DNA of 64,000 nucleotides, taken from positions 39,680,001 through 39,744,000 of the forward strand of contig OY740795.1 in assembly GCA_963514005.1 (NCBI GenBank), given 5' to 3'. A program made the position numbers and the translations under genes. The stretch's first letter is position 1. The number at the start of each line of letters is the position of its first letter. Origin of the DNA: Raja brachyura (lineage: Eukaryota). Positions 38,205 through 51,789 of this stretch are shown here, piece after piece. The notes under the pieces are model-generated. The model worked only from the letters and a program-made list of their open reading frames with translations, was not told the origin of the DNA and did no database searches.

Positions 38205-39700
38205 TAAAGTCATATGGCATAGAAACAGGCCTTTGGCCTAACTTGCCCCTGCTGACCAAGATGCCCCATCTATGCTAGTCCCACCTGCCCACATTTAACC
38301 CATGTCCTTTCCTATCCATGTACCTTGATGTGTTTTAAATGTTGTTATTGTACCTGCCTCAACTACCTCCTCAGCTCATTTCATATACCCTCCACCCTCT
38401 GTGTGAAAAAGTTGCCACTCAGGTTCCTATTAAATCTCTTATTTCTCACTTTCAACCTTTGTCATCTGGTTCTTGATTCCACTTCTCCGGGTAAAAGACT
38501 CATGTGTATTCACCTTCTCCATCTCCCCCAGCCCCATGCACTCAAAGGAATACAGTTCTAGTCTGCCCAACCTCTCCCGTTCGCTCAGACTCTCTAGTTT
38601 AGGCAATATCTTTGTAAATCTTCTCTGCACTCTTTCCAGCTTAACAATATCCTTCCTAAAACAGAATAAATCAGGTTTTGATAATCATCTCCGCTATCTA
38701 TGATACCACCAAGCTTAATATCATCTGCAAACTTACTAATTCGTATCCAAATTATTGATATAAACCACAAACAGCAATGGGTCCAGCATCAATCCTTGAG
38801 GCACACCACTAGTCACAGGCCTCCACCCTGAATTACAACTCTCCACCATCACCCTCTCCTCCTTCCATTAAGTAAATTCTCCATCCAGTCAGTTAGCTCT
38901 CCCTGGATCCCATACGATCTAAACTACCGGAGCAACCTACCTTACAGAACTTTGTCAAATGCCTTGCTGAAGTCCATTCCGACAATGTCAATAGATTTGC
39001 CCTCAGCAAACTATTTGGTTGCTTCAAAACACTCAATCAGATTCGTAAAGCACGATGTCCCACGTACAAAACCATGCTGACTATTCCTAATCCCGGTCCA
39101 TCCAAGTCCATATATATCTCATCCCTCAGAATCCTCTCAAGTATCTTGCTTATGATGGTGTTAGGTTTACTGGTCTATAGTTCCTAGACATTTCTTTGCA
39201 GCCCTTCTTCAATAGAGGCACAATATTAGCCACCCTGCAGTTTTCCACCACCTCACTCGTGTCTGGTGCTGATTCACATATCTCAGCAAGGGCTCCTGCA
39301 ATTTCTTCTCACATCGTCCTCAGATATATCTGACCAGGTCCAGGAGATTTATCTACTTTCATACGCCTTAGAAAGTCCAGCACATCCTTATGCGTAATAT
39401 GGACTGTCTTCAAGACATCTCCATTAACTGTCTGAAGTTCCCTAATCTTCATGGCTTTCTCCCCAATGAAAACAGAGGAGAAATATTCATGGAGAGGATT
39501 ATCCATCTCCTGCCTATTCCCTTTCCTTGTGGTCAACCATCTACTCTCTTCCTGTACTTTAGGCATAAATACCTTGCTATAACTCCTATCTATTAAGTTC
39601 TTACTCTCGCGAACGATCCCGAGGTCATCCAGCTGCAGTTCCAGTTCTACCTGCCATCTCTACTGCACTAAAATCAAAAGGAAAATAACAAGCACATAGA
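38205..39700 (-). mobile_element. Degenerate, internally deleted CR1-type LINE
   Basis: ORF-track pieces QRRFTKILPKLESLSERERLGRLELYS and YFSSVF..KVDKSPGPGQIY; similar to 11270-12340. Confidence 0.88.
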
Positions 39701-39974
39701 AGAAATAACACCATACTTTTCATAAGTTCATAAGTTCTAGGAGCATAATTAGGCCATTTGACCCATCAAGTCTCCTCCGCCAGTCAATCGTGACTAATCT
39801 GTCTTTCCCTCTCAACCCAATTCTCCTGCCTTCTCCCCATAACCCCTGACACCATTACCTCCTGTCACCCTCTGCTCTTGAGTCAAAGCCTCACACCATG
39901 CAGCACTTTATCTCCAGACAGCCTCTTCCAACACAGACACTCCACTACACCTTGCCTTTAAATTAACCAATTTT

Positions 39975-40192
39975 AATCACTCAACCAACCCAACAGCTGC
40001 CTTTTGAAAACTCCCATTGCTGCTGCAACATTGAAATAAACTAACTCAACTAAACCAACAGGTAGCTTTTAAAATCTCCTGCTACGACACAAATGGACTC
40101 CTATCAACAATACAAAGGCTAGCTTTTAAAATCTCCTGTTCGGCTCCAACACTGAAATAGACTCACTCAACCAATCCAATGTTAGCTTTTTA
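39975..40192. repeat. Degenerate tandem repeat, about four units of roughly 55-65 bp
   Basis: Recurring actcaac.aa.ccaa..g.tagcttttaaaatctcctg, located at the 5' side of the reversed CR1. Confidence 0.65.
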
Positions 40193-41719
40193 GTTAGACT
40201 GATTAGACTCTTGTTGGAAATAGCAATTGCCATGCATTTGTTTGTTGCAAATGCTACTTCTCCCATCAGCCCCAGCTTATCGTCTTGCTAAATGGTGACT
40301 TAAACTGTCACTCTTACTAAGGAATTGCAAATGGAACTGAACACTGCACAATCATCAGTACACAACTCCGTATTATCCAATAATAAGAGTATCATTGATG
40401 AGGAACCCCTGCAATAATGTCTTTATTGCAACACAGAGATAATTGATACCTACCAAACACGTATTTTTCTTTGTGTCAGATGTGGCTTCAACCATCAGTT
40501 TTACTCAGCTCTTTGATGTCAAGCATCAAGAATGCACTTGAACTTTACCTCTGGAATTCAACCCTTTGATGTATATTTATGATGAGGTCTGGAGCTCAGT
40601 GACCCTGGGGAAACTGTGCATTAGTGGGTAAATTATTGTTGAGTAAGTGCCACTTGATGGCACCATCAATCAAATCTTTCATCATTTTGTTAATGAGTGA
40701 GAGTAAACTGATGGAGCAACATTTACATGGATTGAATTTGTCTTGCCTTTTGTACACAGAACATACTTTTTGATTGGGTGAATTTCACCAATCAAATGGA
40801 AGGCAGTGATGTACATCTTACTGTTGCTGAATAATACTGCTGTATATATGTAATAGATGCTTCCTGACCTTTGTTTCAGATGATTAAAGTTTAGTATTTC
40901 AAGCTTCACAAAATCAAAAACTCACTCTGAATTTCAAATTAAAGCTGTTTTCAACAGTCTGATTTGCTGTAAATCAGATTTTTTCTTATTACTGGTTTAC
41001 AAAGATTACACAATTGCACTTCAATAAGTTGTTAGCTGGAAAGATGTTCCATTTTTAGAATTACAAAATGCGTATGTTGCCTACATATTCAACATCAACA
41101 ATATAAATATCTACAAATGTGGTTACAATGCGCAGGAAATGTAGCTGATATTAACTACATCTATTTTAAACATTTGATTCCGGAAAAGTAGAAGCAGGAT
41201 AACCTGAAACTACAAGTGCAATTAATAAGGGAAGGGAATGGAGGGGTATGGTCTGAGTACAGGTAGATGGGACTAGGGGAAAATAAATGGTCGGCACGGA
41301 CTGGAAGGGCCGAGAAGGCCTGTTTCCGTGCTGTAATTGTTATATGGTAGTATGGTTAAATGTTGGAACTACTCAGCAAATCATTTAATTGAAAATAACA
41401 CAACACCAAATACATAGCGCTTGTAAAGCTGAATATCACATCAGCACAGTGTCCATTTCCTGACCTTTTAATGCCAACCACTAATTGTGTGGTTATTTTG
41501 GTGTGAGAGATTTATCTTCACTTTCACTGTTTTCCTGACATCATTGCCCAAAATTCATCAGCAACAACATTATCAACCACATTGATCAAATTACTCAACG
41601 AAGAACCTCAGTTTTAACTAATGATGAAGAAGCAAACAAATATTCATCAAAGATTCAATCAACTAAACCAGGATCATATTTAAGCATAACAATGTGCTGG
41701 TGTAACTCAGCAGGCCAGA

Positions 41720-41956
41720 GTTCAATGTGAGTAGTGTGCATTCTACGCTTGTTTAAATATGAAGACACAAGGAATTGCAGGTGCTAGAATCTGGAGTAAT
41801 TGAGCAGGTTGGAAAGCATCTGTGGAGGTAATGAATATCCATTTCCCCCCCGACAGATACCACCTGACCTGCTCAATTACTCCAGATTCTAGCATCTGCA
41901 GTTCCTTGTGTCTTCATATTTAAACAAGCGTAGAATGCACACTGCTCACATTGAAC
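41720..41956. repeat. Long inverted repeat: 90-bp arms, 87/90 identity, 57-bp spacer
   Basis: 41720-41809 versus the reverse complement of 41867-41956, compared base by base. Confidence 0.95.
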
Positions 41957-41988
41957 GCGTGCATCATCAAATATTCTGATGTAACTTA

Positions 41989-42553
41989 AGGGCCTGTCCT
42001 ACAAGCATGCAACTCTATGCGGTGAACGCGATCAAGCTAGAAGCGGGGGCCGCGTGGAGGTCGGGTGATCCCCGTTCCCACCAGCATGCGCCTGCATGCG
42101 GCAAGTGCGACCAAACCGGCAGCGAGGGCCGCGCGGAGATCGGGTGAGTGGCGCAACGCGGCGCAAAGTGAGGCGAACTTGGAGCAAAGTCTAAGGTAAG
42201 TTCGCCAGGACAGAGAGGGGCACACAGAGAGGGGCACAGAGGCACACACACACAGAGGGCCATGGAGCCACACGCATGTGGTCACGGAGGCACCTACAAA
42301 TAGGTTCACGGAGGCACGATGTCGAGGCGGTGTGTAATGCGTCGAGGCGACTGTGAGCCGACAAGCCAGTGCCGCGCGGAATTTTTGAACATAGTCAGTT
42401 TTTCGGAGCCCCGCGCGATGTCGGGACGAACTCCGCACAATTCTGCACGGCTCCGGCGATCGAAGTGGGACCGGCCCCGCGACGCCGGACGGCTCAAGCG
42501 ACCACGTTAGGTCGCGCTAATCGCATAGAGTTGCATGCTGGTGGGACAGGCCT
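41989..42553. mobile_element. PIF/Harbinger-type MITE, family B (GC/CpG-rich interior)
   Basis: Long TIRs ggcctgtcctacaagcatgcaactctatgcg / cgcatagagttgcatgctggtgggacaggcc, preceded by tta. Same terminal motif as family A with a different interior. Confidence 0.8.
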
Positions 42554-42590
42554 ACAAAAGCACACCTACAAAACCCATTTGCCTAGACTA

Positions 42591-42920
42591 ATGACCCTGT
42601 CCCACGATGCGCGTTCATTCAAGACCTCACCCGAGTTTAAAAAAAATAAACTCATGGTAAGCACGGAGAATGAACGTAGCGGGTACGTCGGAGCTCGGGG
42701 ACGTCTCTTAGCGGCTCGTAACGCCAACGGCAGGTACTCGGAAAGACTCGCTAATGGCAGGTAAGCTCGGGAAGACTCGTGAAGATTTTTCAACATGTCG
42801 AAAAATGTTCACGAGAACCCCGAGTACTGACGAGCGGCCATTACCGTAAATCTCCGAGTTCGAATCAGGGCAAATTAGGCAGAACTCTTTGAATGAACCC
42901 GTACAGTGGGACAGGGCATT
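42591..42920. mobile_element. PIF/Harbinger-type MITE, family A, copy 2
   Basis: TIRs ccctgtcccac / gtgggacaggg; reverse-complement similarity to 175-494. Confidence 0.8.
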
Positions 42921-45900
42921 TACACTCTTCTTCATAGATGACTGCATGTAAGAGACATCTCCCTGGCATCACAAACTCCCATGAAGAACAAGTTACCCTT
43001 AGACTTAAATCCCCAGCTGCAGGAATATTCAGGCACTGGGAAGGCCACTACACTTTCTATTCCTCCAGACCAGCTTCTTCCCCATCAGCTCACAGCGGCA
43101 ATTGGGAGGTGTGGAGCAGGCGTTTGTCTGCATTGCAGGTATCCCAGAGTCTGGACAATTCTTCGAGAGGCTCGCCCGCAAGTGTCTCCTGTAATGCCAG
43201 GCCACAGTCTCATTTTAGAAAGAACATCTTTTCAACGGAGAAATGTTTTACCCTGTTCCAATCCTCAACTAGCCCCTTGCTTCATAAATATGACCCCAGT
43301 AATTCTTCTCCTCTGATGATGTGATTCTCCAGCCTCTATAGTTCCACATTAGTAACCCTAGGAGCACATTCCTAATCCTCAGGAATCACTGGTGCACCCA
43401 CCAAGTAAACAGCATTATACATGAGCTGGATGAGTGTTGGTGTCATTCAGTGCTTTTCAGGACTGACTGATCAGCTCCCAGCTTTGTCAAAGTGCCGGTA
43501 GCAGCAAGAAATTGGGCCAGTAATGCCTACCATTTCTGCAATTGAATGGCATTGCACAAGGGAGCCTGATAACATTGCTTGTCAAATACCACAGGTTCCA
43601 TGACCTTTTAAAAGCCTTTTAAAGCAGATCTATATCGCAATGCTGTAATATCCATGAATATGATGTCGATTAATTTCTAGGCCAAATTCATACACAAAAC
43701 GATTACGTTAATAGGTGCTGACCAACTCCAACATGTTCTGTTCACAGATGTTTCTTGCTATATTTGGTTAATTATCCCTTAATGCATTTATACAAACGAT
43801 AAATGTCATTATAAAAAATCATTGGGCAATTAGGTATATACCTCAAAACATTCAGAATGTCTAAAAATGTTAATGTTACACGCAGAGTAACATACAGTTA
43901 TGTATACAGTAACATACTATGGTAAAATAAAAATGCTATTTACTGTTCAATAGTTTGAGTAATAAATTTCCTCTACAACAGGGCTGATTTGTAGTTTCTC
44001 ATCTGCATATCACAGATGCATTTATTTCATTTGTTAAAATAAAATACAAATGCAAGTACTGGTTGAACTTTTCAATGTTTGCTGCAGTCCACCAGAAAGT
44101 TGGCTGACGCTAAGTTCCGTGACCTTAAGATTTAGGTGTGTTGCTATTCTCATTGCAAGTGAGTTACTACGATTAAGTCTTAAGTTTGGGCGAATAAATA
44201 TTTTGAAAACATTTTTGAAAACTCAAATACAGGGAGAATGGCATGATCCATCTTACTTGCGCCTTCTTTAACACGGGACTTCGACAGACTGTGATTATAA
44301 ATAAATACAAAATATTTCAATATAAAAATAATACATCTTGTCAAAGATCGGCGTGAATATTTAACAATTTATACATACTAAACACATCGGTAATACATGT
44401 ACCTGTATATCACAACCTTTCATCCTCACTAACACTGGTCTCACACTCTGGACAGTTCAAGGGTGCATAAAGCAGTAATTCAGATTATCAGACGTTTTTG
44501 ATCATAAATGCTACAGACCTTTCTACCTGACTTTCCTGTAAAATAAACCTGACAACAATGTACATAGGATCTGCACACTTTGATATTCAGTTCTTCTAGT
44601 GGCTACCACAAAATTCCAGATTTCAACCAGAAATACATTGCCACATTTGCTGAATCAGCTTTATTTGGTTAACATCTCTGAAGCGTCTTCATTTTACCAG
44701 TTGAACACCACTAGTATCGACAGATTCATAATAACCATTAACATTTGTTCTACAGGGAAAGCCATCTCAGATTTTTTAAAGTTTCGTTCCAATTTGCTTA
44801 CAGACAATCTCAATCTGAGGTCCAGATTTTTTTCATTTACTACGAATTGGGGGAAACATTTTGAGCAAAATTTCAGATTTAAAAAAAAAAAGTACAAGCT
44901 TTCTATAAATGTCACACTTTATTTTGAATCTTTACATAGTGCATATAATAATCCAATGGTCTGCTCGTAATTCTCAGACGTCTCTAACCTTCCTCTATCT
45001 GCAATGTGAGTACATACCTCTCCTTGTTCCTGCTTTGCCTGCCAGATTGCTGTGTTCCTCTGTAAGCCGCTGCTGGTTTCCCCACCAAGCCCCCGCTTTA
45101 AAAAATAACAAGAACATAAGGGTCCTGCAGTTTGACAATACACGTGTTTCATTGCAAACAGGAGTAAGGGGAGGGGGAAGCTATTTTTTTTTAAATTGTT
45201 GATTTGCACCCTTGTTATAAGCCACCCTTCACATGCACGCGCATAGCATGAATTTTGTTTGTTTTATTCTCATAAGTTTCTGCAAATAAGTTTTACAAAT
45301 CATCAACATTTAGCTGATTCAGACAGACATCCAAGTACTTAATTTGTGTTGGGATGTTATCACCTCATAAATACTGAAACATTTAAATGGGAATAGTTAT
45401 TCATATAAAGGCATATATATATTCAAGCAATGGAACTTAAAAAAACCCAAATCATGTCTTAACACTTTATTTTTCCTACACATTAATATAAAGTCATTAG
45501 AAGCAAGTTAACAAGACCGTTAACAGGAAGGTTGGTTGAGATTAATTAAAATGACCTTCCCCTTCAATCATATTTTTGGTCCCTGTCCAAATAACTCCTT
45601 GGAAGGATTGCTCAAAAAGCCACTGTGAACCAATTTGGGAATTGCAACTGATATTGGACACAAGGGACGGCAGATGCTGGAATCTTGTGTCGAACACAAA
45701 TTGCTGGAGTAACTCCACAGTCAGGTCGCATCTCTGAAGGACATGGCCAGGGGAGATCACCAGAGGTGATGAGATTGGCCATGGTCTGGGAGATGGTAGC
45801 CTGGTGTTTGTCTGTGGGGTCATAGTCAAAGGATAGGTAAGAGGAGGTGTCCGAGAACGGGTGCCTGGCCTCAGAACTGTCGAGGTCAGCCTGCCAACCT

Positions 45901-46334
45901 CAGCTGTATCCACGTATGCAACTGATATTGTCAGACACCTAATATGCAACATTGATAACCAGGCAAATTTCTTTCCGCTGTTATTTTTAAAATTTGTAAT
46001 CGGATCTGGGTCCGATTTCATGAAGGTAAGATCTTGAACTTATTCACTGAGATTGGTACATCACTGTTGTGACAGAAGCTAAAAGCATTTATCCAAACCA
46101 AGTCCGTTCACACATAACCAAACACAAAGGAAGAGTTACATTTATGAAATGCTATACAAAAGAATGTTTAAACCACTTTAACATTCATCACCGAATTAAT
46201 ATTTTCAGGGACTGAAAAATATATCCATCTTACTTCCTTTTCAGGTGTAAAATGTGAATTCTGAAATTATGGGATGAAATTATTGGGAGATTTACAGATT
46301 GTTAACACTAGAAGGAATATTTAAACTTTAGAGG

Positions 46335-46605
46335 TGCTAATTTACGGCCCAACAAAACCGGCCCGCCGTTCACCCCGTACACTAGCACTATCCGACATCC
46401 TAGGAACAATTTTACCGAAGCCAATTAACCTACAAATCTGTACATCTTTGGAGTGTGGGAGGAAACTGGAGCACCCGAAGAAAATAGGCGTGGTCCCGGG
46501 GAGAACGTACAAACTTTGTACAGACAGCATCCGTAGTCAGGATCAAACCCGAGTTTCAGGCACTGTATGGCAGCGACTCTAACGCTGCGCTAATGTGCCG
46601 CCCCG
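46335..46605 (-). mobile_element. tRNA-derived SINE, same family, reversed
   Basis: Reverse-complement similarity to 10565-10878. Confidence 0.8.
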
Positions 46606-49396
46606 GATATAAAGTTGAAAAGAGGCAATTGCTTTAAATACTTTAATAAAGGCAAACATCAATTGACATGATTACACATCCATCACAGCGAGCGTCGTCC
46701 TAACTCTGACTAGTTTTACCCTGCCTACTTATGACACCAATGACAAACATGTAAACTTTAAAAAAAAGAATGAAATCAGAGAAACCCCCCCATAAGATCC
46801 AATAATAACTTTTTGAAGCTGATTTTCAAAGAGTCGGCAACTCAAAAGACTCAGTAATTAGTGGAAGCCTCACGGAGATCAATGATTTGGCCTCTGCTCA
46901 GAAACCCTGCTCTCTGTCAATGTATCCACATTCAGTTCAGTTGCTGCATCGGGAAGTGCAATTTAACCAGAGCCAATAACTGTTTTCACTTCTGATCTGG
47001 ACTCTGCTCATTGATATGTTTTACTAAAACAATTTTCACCTCGACTTTCAGCAATAAATGAATACAGTTGCGAAAACAGAGCTTCACGTAGGCGGCAAAT
47101 ATAATCATAAGGTGTAACAAAATAGTTTTATCAAAGGGACATACTATCGAACAGCACCTTATTTTAGTTCAGAAATCTCACTGATTAGTTTGGATCAGTG
47201 GGCAAGCACAGCTAGATTCCAGGCACAGCAACATGTTATAGATAATTGGCCAGGATTTTGATCATACACCTAAACAAAGCAAAATAAATGATAAGTGCAC
47301 CTAAATTTCACCTAAAAGAATAATATCTCAGAAACTATAATGCTCCATTAATACTTTTCCAGAATACCAAGTTCCAGGTGGGGGGGAAGATTGCAACCTT
47401 CATGTGGTCCGCCCCGTTTCGACTAATGCAATCAACTCGACGTGCACAAACGGATGATCAAATAGAACAAGTTGTCCTACAACTTTAGGCTGTGCACGCC
47501 AGTCAGTGAGAACCAGGTTAACATCATAGGACGGCTATTTTAATCTGTACAGAAAGAGAAAGCCTCACTACTTGATAAATGTTTATGTTTTGCTTTTTCT
47601 GCAAAGGCTGCCTCAACTGTTGAATATTTGCAGCATTTTTTTTTTAAATCCACATATCGCCTGCTTGATTTCCACTCCCAGGTAAAATTCAGGGCGTCAA
47701 CATGAATTGCACTGAATTTCTGCATCTTAAGTTTGAAGTACAATACCAGTGCTGCATGTTCAACCCGGCTCCATCACCGAGTGTGGCTACATTAATGCAA
47801 AGTGGCAGTATTTGGCAATAAGGCATTCCAATGCCGTATCCCCAAACGTTACCTGACTGAAGGTTAGCAGTTCCAGATTACAGTGGAGGTGTTATTCTGT
47901 GATCCCTTTCATTAGAGGAGGCACCTTAAGACTAAAAAACAGGAAATTCAATACTGATTAGCAGGGGACGAGGGAGTAATTGGGCAATGTGAGTGTAATG
48001 AATGCTTCAACACATTTTCATTGTAAGTGACTAGGTTTTGTTGTGCAAGAAACTAATGTTCAATCTCTTTCAATTTTGCTACCAGCTGTGTAAATAGACA
48101 GACTAAGGTGCTCAACATTCTGATGTGTGGTTCACTGAACTGGTCCCCTTTAAGAGGAAATGTCAAATTAAAGCACACAGCTGGAAATAATCTTCAATCA
48201 TAATCAAATCTGCAACCGTGGAATTTTTACAACCATTTGTTCCCTTGTTCCAGTTATTTTCAAATCAGGAGCTATCAGATCTGATGAAAAACATCAGACA
48301 GAAAGGCATATTTCTCGAAGCCCAGTTCTGCTTATTTGTCCTCTTTTAACTTGTCTTCAAAGGCACTTTTGTAAAACAACAAAGCGTGATTACCCTCAAA
48401 TGATGAAACTTACTTTAATAAATCACGGGCAAAGGGGACGCTTAAGCTGCTTTAAAAGACATTTGTTGCAAGGCAAAGAACAAATGAAAGTCGAGACGTG
48501 GGAACATTGCTTTTCCTTCACGTTCTGCCGCGCACCCGTCTTGCTTTAACCACAGCAATCACTGCAAAGGACTTTTGCCAAACAGCAAATGAGATGTGAG
48601 CAGTAATATTTAAACAAGATCAAAGGAACATGATCATCAATTCGATTTGGAATTGCAATTCCTCCCCCACCCACACACTAACCTCCCCCATACGCCTCCC
48701 ACTTTTTCTCCTCTACACGTTGCTTCATGCTGGGGTACAGGTTGGTGAGCAGTAGTTTCCTGCTGATCCTTAACCCCATGTCAGTCCTCTTGTTGAGCCT
48801 CAGGACTGCCAGGAGAGCTAGGTCTGATCCTTTCCCAACCTAATGTCCATACAGTATATCTGCCAGCAGGGGCCACTGCACAACAGGGTGAACAGGCAGC
48901 ACAGGCTGACTTGTCCTGCACTTCACCTAGAGCGGCTGTAACCAACCATTCTATCCTTGCTGCCGTGCCAGCTACAACAGACACATTCTCCCAAGGAATA
49001 GGGATTGAAGCTGGGACCATCCAGCTGTGGACAATCCCAGTGAGCCACAGCTTTTGATTCTAGTCAAGAAGTCGATGCAAGTGTATTTAACATTACTATA
49101 TTTTTCAACCAATAAAAAGTAATTAAGTGAAATAACTGGAGGGATTTTATCATGAAGAGTCATAAAATGCTCACAAAACAATCAACACCATTAACTGAAC
49201 TCTGAGAGACTGACCCACCATCATTAACTGAAGGAATAGCGAAGCTAATCATAATATTGAATTGAAGATAAAAATATGATCGTTAAATTAAATGCATTAG
49301 AGAACTAATTTTAACACTTTACTAAGGATGGGGGCATTTAATTGTACAATCATTGCATTAGTAGTGGTTGTCCACAAGTGGAATTCTTGGCCATTA

Positions 49397-49496
49397 GATA
49401 GACACAAAATGCTGGAGTAACTCAGCGGGAGAGGCAGCATCTCTGGAGAGAAGGAATAGGTGACGTTTTGGGTCGAGGCCCTTCTTCAGACTGATC
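49397..49496 (-). repeat. Penelope-type terminal repeat (GAAA box mutated to AAAA)
   Basis: Minus strand reads cagtCTGAAGAagggcctcgacccAAAAcgtcacc. Confidence 0.75.
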
Positions 49497-50325
49497 ATAG
49501 GCATTAGTCAGTGTGTGTCTTTGGGTCATTGTTTGCTCCAATTAACTTCTACTTATCTCACATTAAGTCACATTAAGTCTGATGCAGACATTTAGAATTG
49601 GTTCAGATCTGGCTAGAATGGCTCTGCTCTCATCTGCCACAATTATTAAAATAATGTATAAACTATAAAATAATCTCAGGTTAGAAAATAATATTTGCAG
49701 AGATGATCTAAAGGAGGACAGCTATGCAAAATAAATCTGTTCATATTACAAGATTGTCTTCGTCATGCATCGCCATAGCTCCAATGGCAAATACGAGTGT
49801 AACTGCTGACCTACTGCAGATGGCATCTACATGAAATGTGTCTTACAAACATGGTTAGATAAGCTTTCAGAAGGTCTTGAGCAGAGTTTTCATGAGGCCA
49901 AAATATTCTTCATTGAATAAAATGTATTTTTAATCTATAAAACATGAATGGATATACTGAAATTGACACAGTTCAGTTAGAGTAGAGTGCGTTCAGATTC
50001 CAAGCCTCAAGGAAGTGCCCTACAAAACTGCCTGACAGTAGAAAAGGAGGCAGGGGAGAGGGGAGGGCGGGTGTTCCTCACTCGGACTGGACAATGCAAA
50101 TTAAAGAACTAAGAGGTGGATATCATTATCTTCGCCTGAACATGGCCAAGAATCAAGTAAGATCAGACACCCGCTATCCACTCCAACCCGTTTATCTTTC
50201 CATCGAGCATGTCTTCTGTTTTACTCTTGCTTATTCCCTTCATCACTCCTTCCCAATAAATAATAGGAAGGTTAGAATGCTGAAATTACATTTTATTCTT
50301 AAAATGACAATTTCATCAGTTAAGT

Positions 50326-51199
50326 GATGGGGGACCTGGGCAGGTTGAGTGAGTGGGCAGATGCATGACAGATGCAGTATAATATAGATAAATGTGAGGT
50401 TATCCACTTTGGAGGCAAAAACAAGGGGGCAGATTATTATCTCGATGGGGTTAGGTTAGGTTAGGTAAGGGGGAAGTACAGCGAGACCTGGGTGTCCTTG
50501 TACACCGGTCACTGAAAGTTGGCGTGCAGGTACAGCAGACAGTGAAGAAAGCTAATGCAATGTTGGCCTTCATAACAAGAGGATTTCAGTATAGGAGTAA
50601 AGAGGTTCTTCTGCAGTTGTATAGGGCTCTGGTGAGACCACATCTGGAGTATTGTGTAGTTTTGGTCTCCTAATTTGAGGAAGGACATCCTTGTGATTGA
50701 GGCAGTGCAGCGTAGGTTCACGAGATTGATCCCTGGGATGGCGGAACTGTCATATGAGGAAAGATTGAAAAGACTAGGCTTGTATTCACTGGAGTTTAGA
50801 AGGATGAGGGGATATCTTATAGAAACATATAAAATTATAAAAGGACTGGACAAGCTAGATGCAGGAAAAATGTTCCCAATGTTGGGTGAGTCCAGAACCA
50901 GGGGCCACAGTCTTAGAATAAAGGGGAGGTCATTTAAGACTGAGGTGAGAAAAAACTTTTTTACCCAGAAAGTTGTGAATTTATGGAATTCCCTGCCACA
51001 GAGGGCAGTGGAGGCCAAATCACTGGATAGATTTAAGAGAGAGTTGGATAGAGCTCTAGGGGCTAGTGGAGTCAAGGGATATGGGGAGAAGGCAGGCACG
51101 GGTTATTGGTAGCGGACGATCAGCCATGATCCCAATGAATGGCGGTGCTGGCTCGAAGGGTCGAATGGCCTCCTCCTACACCTATTTTCTATGTTTCTA
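50326..51199 (+). mobile_element. CR1-type LINE 3' fragment (RT C-terminus plus 3' UTR)
   Basis: Translates ..KCEVIHFG..RDLGVLV..LYRALVRPHLEYC..VQRRFTRLIPGM..LSYEERLKRLGLYSLEFRRMRG.LIETYKI..RTRGHSLRI..FFTQKVVNLWNSLP. Stop and frameshift present; tttctatg tail. Confidence 0.95.
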
Positions 51200-51789
51200 A
51201 GTAGTAATCGAGGTGTGTAGACCAGGAAAAGTAAGTTATTACTTAAATCCAATGATTGTGGATTTTATTTGTGTGCATATTAGTAAGCAATCATCTTCAT
51301 GCACAGGTTGAGGTGGATGTGTTATGTTGACCAATCACTTACCTCCTGTTATTTATTTTGCACTACTAAAATATTGCCTATTGTGTATTGTCTATTGGGG
51401 CACTGATTGGGGATGATCAGCCATGATCACATTGAATGGCGGTGCTGGCTCGAAGGGTCGAATGGCCTACTACTGCACCTATTGTCTATTGTCTATAAAA
51501 GAACTTAGATTTATATTGTACCTTCTGTAGCCTTGCATCATGTCAAAGGCAACCAGCTTGTTAAGTGCTGCTGTGCATTGAGGCACACCAGACAATTTTC
51601 ACACCGCAGGGGTACAAATAATTGGGTTTCTGTCATGGCCCTGCTGGTCAAAGGTGAAGTGGTAGCCAAGGCAGAATCATCCCTGGTTTTCTTCAACTTG
51701 GTACCTTATTCTCTACCTAATCGAAATCTGGCTACCAATCAAGATTTCATGCAAGGTTAAATATTCTTGTCAGTATCGTTTTTTTAAAA

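Noticed and set aside
42015-42947. GC-rich ORFs and apparent CpG island
   Set aside because: Fully explained by two MITEs bounded by TIRs.
47377-47501. Structured-looking GC-richer segment containing gtttcg
   Set aside because: No CUGANGA box on either strand. Probably a LINE 3' end fragment, but the family cannot be supported from this window.
50509-51099. 196-aa minus-strand ORF, also the ORF at 6245-6547
   Set aside because: Antisense frame of CR1 reverse-transcriptase sequence.
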